Assembly (NCBI GenBank): GCA_015231925.1
Contig: JADGAQ010000005.1
Span: 1-56,890, forward strand
Direction: 5' to 3'
DNA from: Magnetococcales bacterium
GTDB taxonomy: Bacteria; Pseudomonadota; Magnetococcia; Magnetococcales; JADGAQ01
Length of the DNA: 56,890 nt
Under the pieces are notes generated by a model that was not told the DNA's origin, ran no database searches, and worked only from the letters and a program-made list of their open reading frames with translations. This document shows positions 27,233-36,359 of the stretch, one piece after another; positions within the stretch are counted from its first letter, which is position 1; each line of letters starts with the position of its first letter. Position numbers and translations under genes: made by a program.

Positions 27233-28465
27233 TCAGGCCCGCTGGGTCTGTTGGAAATAGAGGCGGGTTCCCTCGAAGAGGGCATCGGCGATGCGTCGCT
27301 GATGGGTGGGGCGACGCAGCATCTCCTCTTCGTGCGGATTGCTCAGAAATGCGGTTTCGACCAATACCGACGGCAGATCCGGCGCCTTCAACACGGCGAA
27401 TCCCGCCTGTTTCACCGACTTGAACTTCAATTTGGTCACGTTGCCCAGGTTGCGCAGCAGCGTCTCGCCCAAAACCATCGACTTGTTGATGGCATCCCGT
27501 TGCGACAGATCCAGCAGAATCTCCTGCACCGCCGTATCCGACACCTTGCTCAAGTCGACGCCGGAGATCAGTTGCGCTTCATTCTCCTGTCGTTCCAGAT
27601 CGCGGATCAGATTATCCGGAGCCGGTTTGCCGCCTTCGGAGAGGCAGTAGACGGAAGCGCCCCGCACGCTGGCAATACGAAAGGCGTCGGCGTGGACGCT
27701 CATGAACATCTCCGCCTGGTACTTGCGCGCCGCCATCACCCGCTTGCGCAGGGGAACGTAGTAATCCCCCTCCCGGGTCAACATGGCCTGCAGTCCGGGC
27801 ACCCGGTTGATGCGATCCCGCAGCATCTTGCCGATAGAGAGGGTCACATCCTTCTCTTTGGTGCCGGCGGGTCCGATAGCGCCCGGATCGTAGCCGCCGT
27901 GCCCGGGATCGATCATGATGACCCGTTTGCCACCATGGGCCGATTTCGCTGCGGTGGTGGTGTTCTTCGCAGACGATGCGGTCTCTTCCATGTTCTCCTT
28001 GCGGTAGAAATCGACCACCAGACGGGCAGGCTGCCCATCCCCGGCAGGCAACAGGAACGACCGGGGCCGTACTTCCTGGGTCAACTCGAAGACCGCCCGC
28101 ACCGTTCCGGAATGGGGCACGCCGGTACGAAAGGCGCGAATCACCTCGTCCTTCAACTCCGTCACCGGCTGGTTGCTCTCCCATTTGGAATTCTGAAAGT
28201 CCAGCACCACCCGTTCCGGATTGCTCAAACGGAAGAGGGTATGTTCAATGGGATTGTCCAGCTCGAAAATCACCCGTGTGTGGTCCGGCGCGGTCCAAAC
28301 CCGTGCATTACGCACCCCGATGGGATTCTCTGCGGCATGGAGCCAGTTGACGGGCAACATCAGCCCCCCCAGGGTGAGAGCCATACCTCGAAGAAGCTGA
28401 CGACGGTCCATTCCGGCAGGAACGCGATGATTCACAGTGGATGTATTCCTTTGCAGACTTTTCAT
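27233..28465 (-). CDS. amiC: N-acetylmuramoyl-L-alanine amidase with AMIN domain and Tat-type signal
   Basis: Twin-arginine MDRRQLLRGMALTLGG, AMIN-like VRNARVWTAPDHTRVIFELD, amidase_3 VIMIDPGHGGYDPGAIG. ATG at 28465 preferred over the track's TTG at 28498. Confidence 0.88.
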   Translation of the reverse strand: MKSLQRNTSTVNHRVPAGMDRRQLLRGMALTLGGLMLPVNWLHAAENPIGVRNARVWTAPDHTRVIFELDNPIEHTLFRLSNPERVVLDFQNSKWESNQPVTELKDEVIRAFRTGVPHSGTVRAVFELTQEVRPRSFLLPAGDGQPARLVVDFYRKENMEETASSAKNTTTAAKSAHGGKRVIMIDPGHGGYDPGAIGPAGTKEKDVTLSIGKMLRDRINRVPGLQAMLTREGDYYVPLRKRVMAARKYQAEMFMSVHADAFRIASVRGASVYCLSEGGKPAPDNLIRDLERQENEAQLISGVDLSKVSDTAVQEILLDLSQRDAINKSMVLGETLLRNLGNVTKLKFKSVKQAGFAVLKAPDLPSVLVETAFLSNPHEEEMLRRPTHQRRIADALFEGTRLYFQQTQRA

Positions 28466-28623
28466 GGTATCTTGCCACCCGTTGTCTCTTGGGCACAAAG
28501 GAGAGGCTGGTTCCCGTTTGCCTTCGCCAATTTCTTGACAGGAATTCTCATTTTGTTTAGCAAGTTTGCAACATGTATGCCGGTTAAAATTGTAACCGCC
28601 TTATTATCGTCAGGGAGCTGAAA

Positions 28624-29340
28624 ATGTCCATGGAGGATCCTGCGGAAATCCGCAAATTCGAAGAAATGGCCCAGGAGTGGTGGGATCCGGAGGGGAAGTT
28701 CAAACCCCTGCATCAAATCAATCCCCTGCGCTGCTCCTATATTCTGCGGACGGTCACCGGTTCCGAACACGGCACACTGGCCCAACAGAGGATTCTGGAC
28801 ATCGGTTGCGGGGGCGGACTGCTCTCCGAAGCCATGGACGCCGCCGGAGCCTCGGTGGTCGGCATCGACCGTTCTCCTCAGATCATCGGCGTGGCCAAAG
28901 CCCATCAGCAGCAGAGCGGCTCCCGGGTCGACTACCGGGTCCAATCGGTGGAAGCCCTCTCGGAGGAGGAGCCCGCCTCGTTTGACACGGTACTGGTCAT
29001 GGAAGTTCTGGAACATGTTCCACAACCCGCCGCCTTCCTCTCCTATTGTGCCAAACTGCTGCGGCCGGGAGGACATCTTTTTTTCGCCACCCTCAATCGC
29101 ACCTGGCAGGCCTGGCTGCTGGCCATCGTTGGCGCGGAGTATGTGCTGCGCTGGCTGCCCAAAGGCACCCACGAATACCAGAAACTGGTCAAACCGGCGG
29201 AACTGGCGGGTTGGCTGCGTTCGGCGGGCATCCAGGTCATGGATGTCACCGGCATGGAGTTCAACCCGCTGCGGGCTCAATGGAGCCTGTCGCGAAATCC
29301 GGCGGTCAACTACCTCGGTTACGGCAAAGCCCCTTCCTGA
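28624..29340 (+). CDS. ubiG: Ubiquinone biosynthesis O-methyltransferase
   Basis: 238 aa. EIRKFEEMAQEWWDPEGKFKPLHQINPLR and SAM motif ILDIGCGGGLLSEAM. Confidence 0.9.
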   Translation: MSMEDPAEIRKFEEMAQEWWDPEGKFKPLHQINPLRCSYILRTVTGSEHGTLAQQRILDIGCGGGLLSEAMDAAGASVVGIDRSPQIIGVAKAHQQQSGSRVDYRVQSVEALSEEEPASFDTVLVMEVLEHVPQPAAFLSYCAKLLRPGGHLFFATLNRTWQAWLLAIVGAEYVLRWLPKGTHEYQKLVKPAELAGWLRSAGIQVMDVTGMEFNPLRAQWSLSRNPAVNYLGYGKAPS

Positions 29341-29627
29341 GCCGCCGGAGCGGAAAGAGCCACGCGGCGCAGCAGCCGCCCCCGTCCGTCGAGGATCAGC
29401 AAGCCCTGGCCCCCGCTTCGCTCCTCCAGAAGCAGGGCCAGGCCCCCTTCCACCGACGCCATCGCGGAGACCTTTTCCCCGGATTTCAGCACAGGTTGGG
29501 CGATGGTGGTGACCTCTACCGGGGAGGAGGCCTGTTGCCATTTGCGATTGGCCATGAAGAGCAGCCCCACCAATCCCGCCACGAGGAGGATGCCCATGGC
29601 GATGACCAGAATCTTGACCGCCTTCAC
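29319..29627 (-). CDS. Small single-pass membrane protein (DUF6476-like pattern)
   Basis: 102 aa. GTG start preceded by GAGGTGG. N-terminal TM helix ILVIAMGILLVAGLVGLLF. Overlaps the ubiG 3' end by 22 bp (convergent). Family assignment is weak. Confidence 0.45.
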   Translation of the reverse strand: MKAVKILVIAMGILLVAGLVGLLFMANRKWQQASSPVEVTTIAQPVLKSGEKVSAMASVEGGLALLLEERSGGQGLLILDGRGRLLRRVALSAPAAQEGALP

Positions 29628-29648
29628 CGCGCCACCTCGTTATTGCCC

Positions 29649-30644
29649 ATGATGGATGATACCCCTTTCGAAGAAGATCCGATTCTGATCCGCATTCCCC
29701 CCGAACATCAGGGAGAGCGGTTGGATAAGGTGTTGACCGCGCTGCTGCCCGACATGAGTCGAAGCCAGGTGCAAAAGTTGCTGGCCGAAGGGTGTATAGA
29801 CCTTCTGGACCATCCCTCACCGCCCCTGGCCAAGGCCAAGGCCGTTGCCGGGCAGGTGCTGCTGTTGCGCCGCCCCCCTCCCCCGGTGAGCGAAGCCCTG
29901 CCCCGGGAACTGCCCCTGAATATCGTTTACGAGGACGATCATATCCTGGTGATCGACAAAGCGGCGGGGATGACGGTCCACCCCGCTCCGGGCCACACGG
30001 AAGACACCCTGGTCAACGCCCTGCTGTTCCACTGTGGCCGCGACACCCTCTCCGGAACCGGCGGAATGCAACGGCCCGGCATCGTCCACCGCCTCGACAA
30101 GGATACCTCCGGGCTGCTGGTGGTGGCCAAACACGACCTCGCCCACCGTCATCTGGCAGCCCAGTTCGCCAGCCACTCCGCTTTCCGACACTATCTGGCC
30201 CTGGTGGTTGGCGCACCGAAACCGCTCACGGGTACCATCTCCCTGCCCCTCGGCAGACATCCCGTGCAGCGCCAGAAACAGGCGGTGCGGCTGCAAGGCG
30301 GGCGGGAGGCCATCACCCACTACCGCGTGGAAGAGTCCCTGCCCCCCTGCTCCCTGCTGGCCTGTCGTCTGGAAACCGGGCGCACCCATCAGATCCGGGT
30401 GCATCTCTCCCACCTCGGCTACCCGCTGCTGGGCGATCCCCTCTACGGCAAACCCTTTCAGCCGCCGTCTCGCTGGCCGGTGGCGATGCAGCACCTCTTC
30501 CGCGACTTTTCCCGGCAGGCTCTGCACGCCGCCGCCCTGCATTTCGACCATCCCGCCAGCGGCGAACGCCTGCACTTCAACGCCCCCCTGCCGGAGGATT
30601 TCACCACCCTGCTTCAAGCCCTTCGGGCCCGATCAGGACTCTGA
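29649..30644 (+). CDS. rluD: RluA-family 23S rRNA pseudouridine synthase (RluD-like)
   Basis: 331 aa from the ATG at 29649. S4-like N-terminus (RLDKVLTALLPDMSRSQVQKLL), catalytic HRLDKDTSGLLVVAK and GRTHQIRVHL. Confidence 0.9.
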   Translation: MMDDTPFEEDPILIRIPPEHQGERLDKVLTALLPDMSRSQVQKLLAEGCIDLLDHPSPPLAKAKAVAGQVLLLRRPPPPVSEALPRELPLNIVYEDDHILVIDKAAGMTVHPAPGHTEDTLVNALLFHCGRDTLSGTGGMQRPGIVHRLDKDTSGLLVVAKHDLAHRHLAAQFASHSAFRHYLALVVGAPKPLTGTISLPLGRHPVQRQKQAVRLQGGREAITHYRVEESLPPCSLLACRLETGRTHQIRVHLSHLGYPLLGDPLYGKPFQPPSRWPVAMQHLFRDFSRQALHAAALHFDHPASGERLHFNAPLPEDFTTLLQALRARSGL

Positions 30645-31808
30645 GAGCAGATCCGCCACCACCTGCAACACCCCGTCGATATCCCGGTCGTCCAGATAGA
30701 AGTGGGGTGAAAAACGCACCCCCTTGCCGCGACGGGCGCAATAGATCCCTTTGGCCATCAGTGCGCGATGCAGCGCATCCGCATCCCGGTTCGGATGGGA
30801 CCAGACCAGAATGCCCGCCCCCGGAAGGCCCTGATCATCCAGAGGGGTATGAAACCGGCAACCCAGCCCCCGCAGCCCCTCCGTCAAGCGGGCCATCAGG
30901 CCGCTCACCCGGCTGGCCACTTCCCCGATCCCCACCTCCAGCAGCAGCCCCATGCTCTCCGCCAGGGCCGCAATGCCGAGCAGATTGGGCGAACCCGCCT
31001 CGAAACGGCGCAGATCCGGTTGCCACTCCCCGGCGATCTCCTCGTCGTAGCGACCCGCATTGCGGGGGGAGTGCCAACCCAGAACACGCGGCGCAACCAC
31101 GGACTGGGCTTTTGCCGAAAGGTGGAACAGAGCGCACCCTTCCGGCCCCAACAACCACTTGTGGCCGTCGGCGGCCACTGCATCGAGGCCCAGCGCCTCG
31201 GCTTGCAGCGGCAACAACCCCAGACTCTGAATGGCATCCACCACCAGCAATACCGGCGTGTCGCGCAATGCCGCGCCGAGGTGCGCCAGATCAACCACGG
31301 CGCCGGTGGCGTACTGCACCGAGCTGATGGCCACCACCCGGGTACGCGACCCCACCCGATCCAGAAGTGCGGCGGTGGAGACGGCTCCATCGGCTTCGGA
31401 AGTGGCCTGCACCACCCGGATGCCGAAACGACGGGCCAGGTCCCGCCAGATCAGCGCATTGGAAGGAAACTCCTGATCGGTGGTGACCACTTCGTCCCCC
31501 GGACGCCAATCCAGCCCCAGACCCACGAACGAGAGCCCCTCGGAGGTGCTGGAGAGAAAAGCGATCCGATCCCGTCCGGTTCCCAACAGAGCGGCAGCCC
31601 GGTCTCGCGCCCGGTCTCGCCAGGCATCGAGTTTCGGATAACGCAATGCCCCGAAACGGGACATCTCCTCCAACATCTCCCGCACGACCGTTACGGCGCG
31701 CAAGGGAATGGGAGCCACCCCGGCGTGGTTGAGATAGCTCAGGCCGGCTTCAAGAGGAAATTGCCCGCGAAACGGCGAAGGCGCCACACGACACGGAGAA
31801 AAAATCAT
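30633..31808 (-). CDS. Class V aminotransferase / cysteine desulfurase-family PLP enzyme
   Basis: FRGQFPLEAGLSYLNHAGVAP near the N-terminus and PLP lysine context ADGHKWLLGPEG. Start set at the ATG at 31808, 32 codons inside the track ORF. Confidence 0.8.
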   Translation of the reverse strand: MIFSPCRVAPSPFRGQFPLEAGLSYLNHAGVAPIPLRAVTVVREMLEEMSRFGALRYPKLDAWRDRARDRAAALLGTGRDRIAFLSSTSEGLSFVGLGLDWRPGDEVVTTDQEFPSNALIWRDLARRFGIRVVQATSEADGAVSTAALLDRVGSRTRVVAISSVQYATGAVVDLAHLGAALRDTPVLLVVDAIQSLGLLPLQAEALGLDAVAADGHKWLLGPEGCALFHLSAKAQSVVAPRVLGWHSPRNAGRYDEEIAGEWQPDLRRFEAGSPNLLGIAALAESMGLLLEVGIGEVASRVSGLMARLTEGLRGLGCRFHTPLDDQGLPGAGILVWSHPNRDADALHRALMAKGIYCARRGKGVRFSPHFYLDDRDIDGVLQVVADLLSES

Positions 31809-31902
31809 GACAAGGCGCACCGGAAAGACTGGCAGGAACCCGTCGAACGGGCAACAATAGGAAAATAGGATCAATAGATAACATAATCCGGAAGAAAGAG
31901 CC

Positions 31903-32361
31903 ATGAATCGCGAGGAACGCTACCACCACTGGTTGCAACTGGCCGTCCTGCCGCCGGAGGTACTGGCCAACCACTCCGACAGCGCCGGAGAGGAGTGGAT
32001 CGTGGTCACCGCCGAAGGGGATCCACCGGACCGGCAGCACCACATGGCCCGGCTGGCCTCCTCGGAAGATCTGCCCTATTTCGCTTTTGCCCTGGCAAAA
32101 AGTTATCTGGAGGACGTGGGGGAATGGCCCCTTTTTGGCATGAAGGCGGAAGATGCCCTCGCCTCTTGGGAAGAGAGTTCCGCAGAGCCGCGAGAGGCGG
32201 TGCGCACCATTCTGGCTTCGGTACACCCGGTCTGGCCCGATGTGGAACTCCTGTTCGCCGGTCCGGCCAGGGAGTGGCCGGGGGATACCGCCCACGCCGA
32301 AAATTGGCATGCGTCATTAAAAAAGGCAATTTCTTCGACACCGCCATCTGGGATACAATAG
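31903..32361 (+). CDS. Hypothetical acidic protein (152 aa)
   Basis: ATG-initiated ORF with coding-like G/C-rich third positions over the first two thirds or so. Rich in E/D/W. Its stop lies 4 nt before the next ORF's first ATG. No motif recognised. Confidence 0.5.
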   Translation: MNREERYHHWLQLAVLPPEVLANHSDSAGEEWIVVTAEGDPPDRQHHMARLASSEDLPYFAFALAKSYLEDVGEWPLFGMKAEDALASWEESSAEPREAVRTILASVHPVWPDVELLFAGPAREWPGDTAHAENWHASLKKAISSTPPSGIQ

Positions 32362-32365
32362 CCGG

Positions 32366-35302
32366 ATGCCGACCCGTTCCGATGAATCTGCCCGACGTGT
32401 CACCTCCACACTCAGCCCATGGGGCCAAACGATGAAGGTCAAAAAAATCTGGTTTCGTGCCGACCGCCTGGTGACCCAGATCCAGCCCGTCATGGACCAG
32501 GACGCCAAGCGGAAGCTGCAGCTCCTGCGCAAAGAACTCCTGACCCTGCTGACCAAACATCGTTTCATCGGCTTTCAGAAACATCCCCATCTCTACTTCG
32601 ACAACAAGCTCAACGGGCTGTGGCTGCTCTATCAGTTCAAGGCCCAGGCCGAGGAGATGTTCCGCCATGTGGCCAATCTGAAGACCTACGTCTTCCGCAG
32701 TTGGACCATCCCCTCCCTGGAGCAGTTGCGCACCGTGGCCGAAGAACCCCTCTTCCGGGACGGCAAGAAGCTCAAGGGACAGGTACTCTATTCCAGCACC
32801 CAGGCCCGTGGCGGCAAAGGGTACCACACCGTCACCATGGGCTCCGGCCAGGAGGGCACCTCCCAGGAGACCTGCGGCGTCATTCCCTTCCATCCGGTTT
32901 CGCAACGCGACATCTTCTCCTTCCTGGTGGCCAACTCCCTGGTGCCCTCGGGTATCGACGGGGTCGAGGAAAAACTGAAGGAACTCTACACCCTGACCAT
33001 GGCCCTGAGTAAAAAGGGCGCCAAACTGGCCCCCCCCTCCATGCGGCTGATCAAGCAGCAGCTTCTGGAAGGGGATTATCTTCGCGCCCGCCTGCCGGTA
33101 CTGGAGCCCTCCTACCTCTACGACATGAGCAAAGGCCTGTGGGAGCTGCACCAACCGGTCAAGCCACCGGGAACCGGCTGGGTGGAAGTCGAGCTGGAGG
33201 AGCCCTGGGAAGCGCGCAACCCCGAAATGGATGTGCGCGACGGCGTGGTGGCCATCGACTTCGGTACCAGCTCGACGGTTGTCGCCTGCCGCGAACACGG
33301 ACAGACCACCCTGTTGCGTGTCGGGTTGAGCGACCTCTTTCAGAAACCGCGCCCCGAAGACTACCAGAACCCCACCATCCTGGCCTTCATCAATCTGCCG
33401 GAGCTGCTGGTACCCTGGCACGCCGAAGCCTATCGCCCCCTGACCCGCTGGGATCACTTCAAGTTCTCCCACGAGGCGCTGGAGATGTTTCGCGCCAACG
33501 AGGCGGATCAACGCATCGTGGCCTCGATCCTCACCGCCATCAAACAATGGCCCCTCAACGCCAGCGAGGAGCGTCCCCTGCGCCTCACCGACCAGGAGAC
33601 CGGCACCGAACTGGAAGTGCCCCTGGCCACCCTGCCCTCGCCGGTGCCTGGGCAACCCCTGGCCATCTCCGAGGAGGATCCCTTCGATCCCATCGAACTG
33701 TATGCCTACTATCTGGGGCTGTTCATCAACCATCGCTCCAACGGGCTCTTCCTCGAATATTTCATGACCTTCCCCATCACCTACCCTCGGGAGGTGAAGC
33801 GCAAGATTCTCTCCGCTTTCGCACGGGGACTGCAGCGCAGCCTGCCCGCCGCCTTGCTGGCCAGTTCGCGCATGAGCCGCTTCTCCGTGCGGGAAGAAGC
33901 CTCCGAACCGGCGGCCTACGCCGCCTGCGCCCTGACGGAACTGCAGATCAAAGCCGCCAAGGAGGGCACCGCCTACGCCGTCTTCGATTTCGGTGGCGGC
34001 TCCACCGACTTCGATTTCGGCATCTTCCGCCTGCCCAAGCCAGACGAGGAGAAACGCGGCTTCGAGAAGGTCATTCACCACTTCGGCGCCTCGGGCGACA
34101 TGTATCTGGGTGGCGAAAACCTGGTGGCTCACATCGCCTTTCTGGCCTTCCTGCAGAATCTGGAACTGTGCCGCCAGCACCACATCTCCTTCACCCGTCC
34201 CCCGGAGACGGAACGTTTTCCCGGTGACGAACTCTTCATCGACCACTCCAACGTGGCCCAGACCAACTCCACCCTGCTGGCCGCCCGGGTGCGCTTCATC
34301 TGGGAAGCCTTCAACTGGGATGTGGACCCCAAACAGGAGACCCTCTCCGCTTCGGGCAACAAAAAGCCGCGTCGGCGTTCCGATGTCATCGGCGATGTTC
34401 TCAACGAGGTCATCTTCGGCAATGAATTCATCATTCCCCCGGAAGTGCAAACGCTCGCCCCCGAAAAACGCCTCCACAAGATCGACCTGGAACTGCTGAC
34501 CCGGGATCGCAAAAAGGTCGCCGTCACCTTCGAAATCGATCAGAACCGCCTCAACCACTTCCTGGTGCAACGGGTCGGCAAGGGCATTCAGCGCTTCTTC
34601 ATCGCCATGAAACAGGCTTTCGAAAGCCGGGAGATGCTGCCGGACACCCTCCATATCCTGCAGGCGGGCAACGCCAGCCGTTCGCTGCTGGTGCAGTCGC
34701 TGTTCGCCGCGATTCTTCAGGAGAAGATGGTGGGCTGGGATCCCCCGGTTCAGGGGGTGGAACGCAAACCCGGCCTGGAAAAGGTGCGCAAGTCCATTCC
34801 CTTCCCCCGCTTCATCGTGCATCGTCCTCCGGTGGGCGACAAGGACAACCCTTATCGCCCCACCGCCAAGACCGGTGTGGCCATCGGTCTGTTGAAGCTG
34901 ATTCCGGGGGAAAAACTCATGGCCATCGGCCCCAACGCCGAAGGCACCCTTGGCGAGGCGCCGTTCCGCCTCTATGTGGGTCGCATCCAGAAGGAACTCT
35001 TCTTCCCGGTGCTGCATCAGAACGGCCCCTACAACGAGTGGGAAGAGCTGGGCGTGCCCACCCGGGATGTCTTCATCATGGTCTATTCCACCTCCCCCCA
35101 GGCCGGGTTGGGCAACCTGCCGCGTGGTTCCGTGGAACTCAAGGAGCGCCAACTGGAGTTTCTGCCGGGTCTCTCCGACAAGAAGCTCTTCATCCAGGCC
35201 GTCGGTCCCTACACGGTGGATATCTGCCTGGCCGACTCCGCCGAACAGATCAGCCGCCGTCCGGAAGAGGTGGTGCATCGGGAGATCATCAAGCTGACGT
35301 GA
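32366..35302 (+). CDS. Atypical Hsp70/actin-fold ATPase with unrecognised ~290-aa N-terminal and ~150-aa C-terminal regions
   Basis: All Hsp70 nucleotide-binding-domain motifs occur in order: VVAIDFGTSSTVVA (phosphate 1), EASEPAAYAACAL, AVFDFGGGSTDFDFGIF (phosphate 2), GDMYLGGENL, ILQAGNASRSLLVQ (adenosine), TAKTGVAIGLL. An alternative start is the ATG at 32432 (MKVKKIW...). Confidence 0.75.
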   Translation: MPTRSDESARRVTSTLSPWGQTMKVKKIWFRADRLVTQIQPVMDQDAKRKLQLLRKELLTLLTKHRFIGFQKHPHLYFDNKLNGLWLLYQFKAQAEEMFRHVANLKTYVFRSWTIPSLEQLRTVAEEPLFRDGKKLKGQVLYSSTQARGGKGYHTVTMGSGQEGTSQETCGVIPFHPVSQRDIFSFLVANSLVPSGIDGVEEKLKELYTLTMALSKKGAKLAPPSMRLIKQQLLEGDYLRARLPVLEPSYLYDMSKGLWELHQPVKPPGTGWVEVELEEPWEARNPEMDVRDGVVAIDFGTSSTVVACREHGQTTLLRVGLSDLFQKPRPEDYQNPTILAFINLPELLVPWHAEAYRPLTRWDHFKFSHEALEMFRANEADQRIVASILTAIKQWPLNASEERPLRLTDQETGTELEVPLATLPSPVPGQPLAISEEDPFDPIELYAYYLGLFINHRSNGLFLEYFMTFPITYPREVKRKILSAFARGLQRSLPAALLASSRMSRFSVREEASEPAAYAACALTELQIKAAKEGTAYAVFDFGGGSTDFDFGIFRLPKPDEEKRGFEKVIHHFGASGDMYLGGENLVAHIAFLAFLQNLELCRQHHISFTRPPETERFPGDELFIDHSNVAQTNSTLLAARVRFIWEAFNWDVDPKQETLSASGNKKPRRRSDVIGDVLNEVIFGNEFIIPPEVQTLAPEKRLHKIDLELLTRDRKKVAVTFEIDQNRLNHFLVQRVGKGIQRFFIAMKQAFESREMLPDTLHILQAGNASRSLLVQSLFAAILQEKMVGWDPPVQGVERKPGLEKVRKSIPFPRFIVHRPPVGDKDNPYRPTAKTGVAIGLLKLIPGEKLMAIGPNAEGTLGEAPFRLYVGRIQKELFFPVLHQNGPYNEWEELGVPTRDVFIMVYSTSPQAGLGNLPRGSVELKERQLEFLPGLSDKKLFIQAVGPYTVDICLADSAEQISRRPEEVVHREIIKLT

Positions 35303-35381
35303 CCCTGAACAGCTCAGGCGAGGTGGCATCCATCGCCGTGACCATGCAAAGGAACCCTACGCGGGGAGAGGCATTGACTTC

Positions 35382-36359
35382 ATGACTCCAGGAAGCGACA
35401 TCGCCCACCCCCATGACCGGCTGCTGAAAACCCTCCTCTCCGATCCGGAAAGGGCGGGAACCTTGTTGCGGGAACACCTGCCCAAGGAGATCGCCGGATC
35501 CCTTGCCCCGGACCCGCCGGAATTGGTGGAGGGAACCTTCGTCGATGAGGCCTTGCGCTCCCATCTGACGGATCGCCTTTTCAAGGTGAGGACTCTCCAA
35601 GGTCGGGTGGTTTTGCTCTATGTTCTGATCGAACACAAGAGCCTGCCGGAGCCGCACATCGCCTGGCAATTGGCGAAGTATTTGGTGGAAGCGCTGAAGC
35701 AGTGGGAACGGGAACACCCGCACTGGGAATTTCTTCCCGCAATCATTCCCTTTGTGATGTATCATGGGGCCGCAGAGTGGCGGATTCCGGACGAGTTCCT
35801 GTCACTGGTTGATGCCGAGGAGGCGTGGAAGCCCTATCTGCTGAACTTCCATTACGCACTGATGGATCTTGGCCGCATCGAAGATGGCGAGCTTTTTCAT
35901 CAGCCCCGGTTGCGGGCCTGGTTGCTTGCGGCAAAGTATGCCATGCGAGACGGTCTGCAACTGGGCGCCAAAGAGGTGCTGATTCAGTCGATGATTGCCA
36001 TACCGGAGGAGGATTTCCGGATTCTGATGCGCTATCTGGTGGAAACGTTTCGCAACTACGATGAAACAACGGTGCGGGAGATCATCCACAGGGTGCGTCC
36101 CGAGGAGGAAGAAGAAATGATGTCCCAATTCGCCCAGGAGATGATGAAGCGCGGTCGGCAACAAGGTTGGCAGGAAGGACGCCAGGAAGGACGCCAGGAG
36201 GAGGCGGCAGCCATGTTGCTCAAGCAATTGCGCCGCAAGTTTGGCCAGACTCCCGATTGGGTGTCTGAAAAGATCGGAACGTCCAGTCTGGATCTTATTG
36301 AGGCTTGGGGAGAGAATATCCTGTTTGCCGATTCTCTGGAGGATGTTTTTTCTTCTTGA
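35382..36359 (+). CDS. Rpn/YhgA-like PD-(D/E)xK nuclease (recombination-promoting nuclease / transposase_31 family) with DUF4351-like C-terminus, paralog 1
   Basis: 325 aa. HPHDRLLKTLL..., TDRLFKV (Asp), LIEHKS (ExK) and IPFVMYHG. C-terminal ...LLKQLRRKFGQTPDWV...SLEDVF. Confidence 0.8.
   Translation: MTPGSDIAHPHDRLLKTLLSDPERAGTLLREHLPKEIAGSLAPDPPELVEGTFVDEALRSHLTDRLFKVRTLQGRVVLLYVLIEHKSLPEPHIAWQLAKYLVEALKQWEREHPHWEFLPAIIPFVMYHGAAEWRIPDEFLSLVDAEEAWKPYLLNFHYALMDLGRIEDGELFHQPRLRAWLLAAKYAMRDGLQLGAKEVLIQSMIAIPEEDFRILMRYLVETFRNYDETTVREIIHRVRPEEEEEMMSQFAQEMMKRGRQQGWQEGRQEGRQEEAAAMLLKQLRRKFGQTPDWVSEKIGTSSLDLIEAWGENILFADSLEDVFSS

Noticed and set aside
32006-35329. 1107-aa ORF on the minus strand, the longest antisense ORF in the window
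   Set aside because: It is exactly antisense to the Hsp70-like gene, whose translation carries ordered, recognisable ATPase motifs. The antisense translation is low-complexity (G/A/R/L/Q/E/H-rich), as expected for stop-poor GC-rich DNA.
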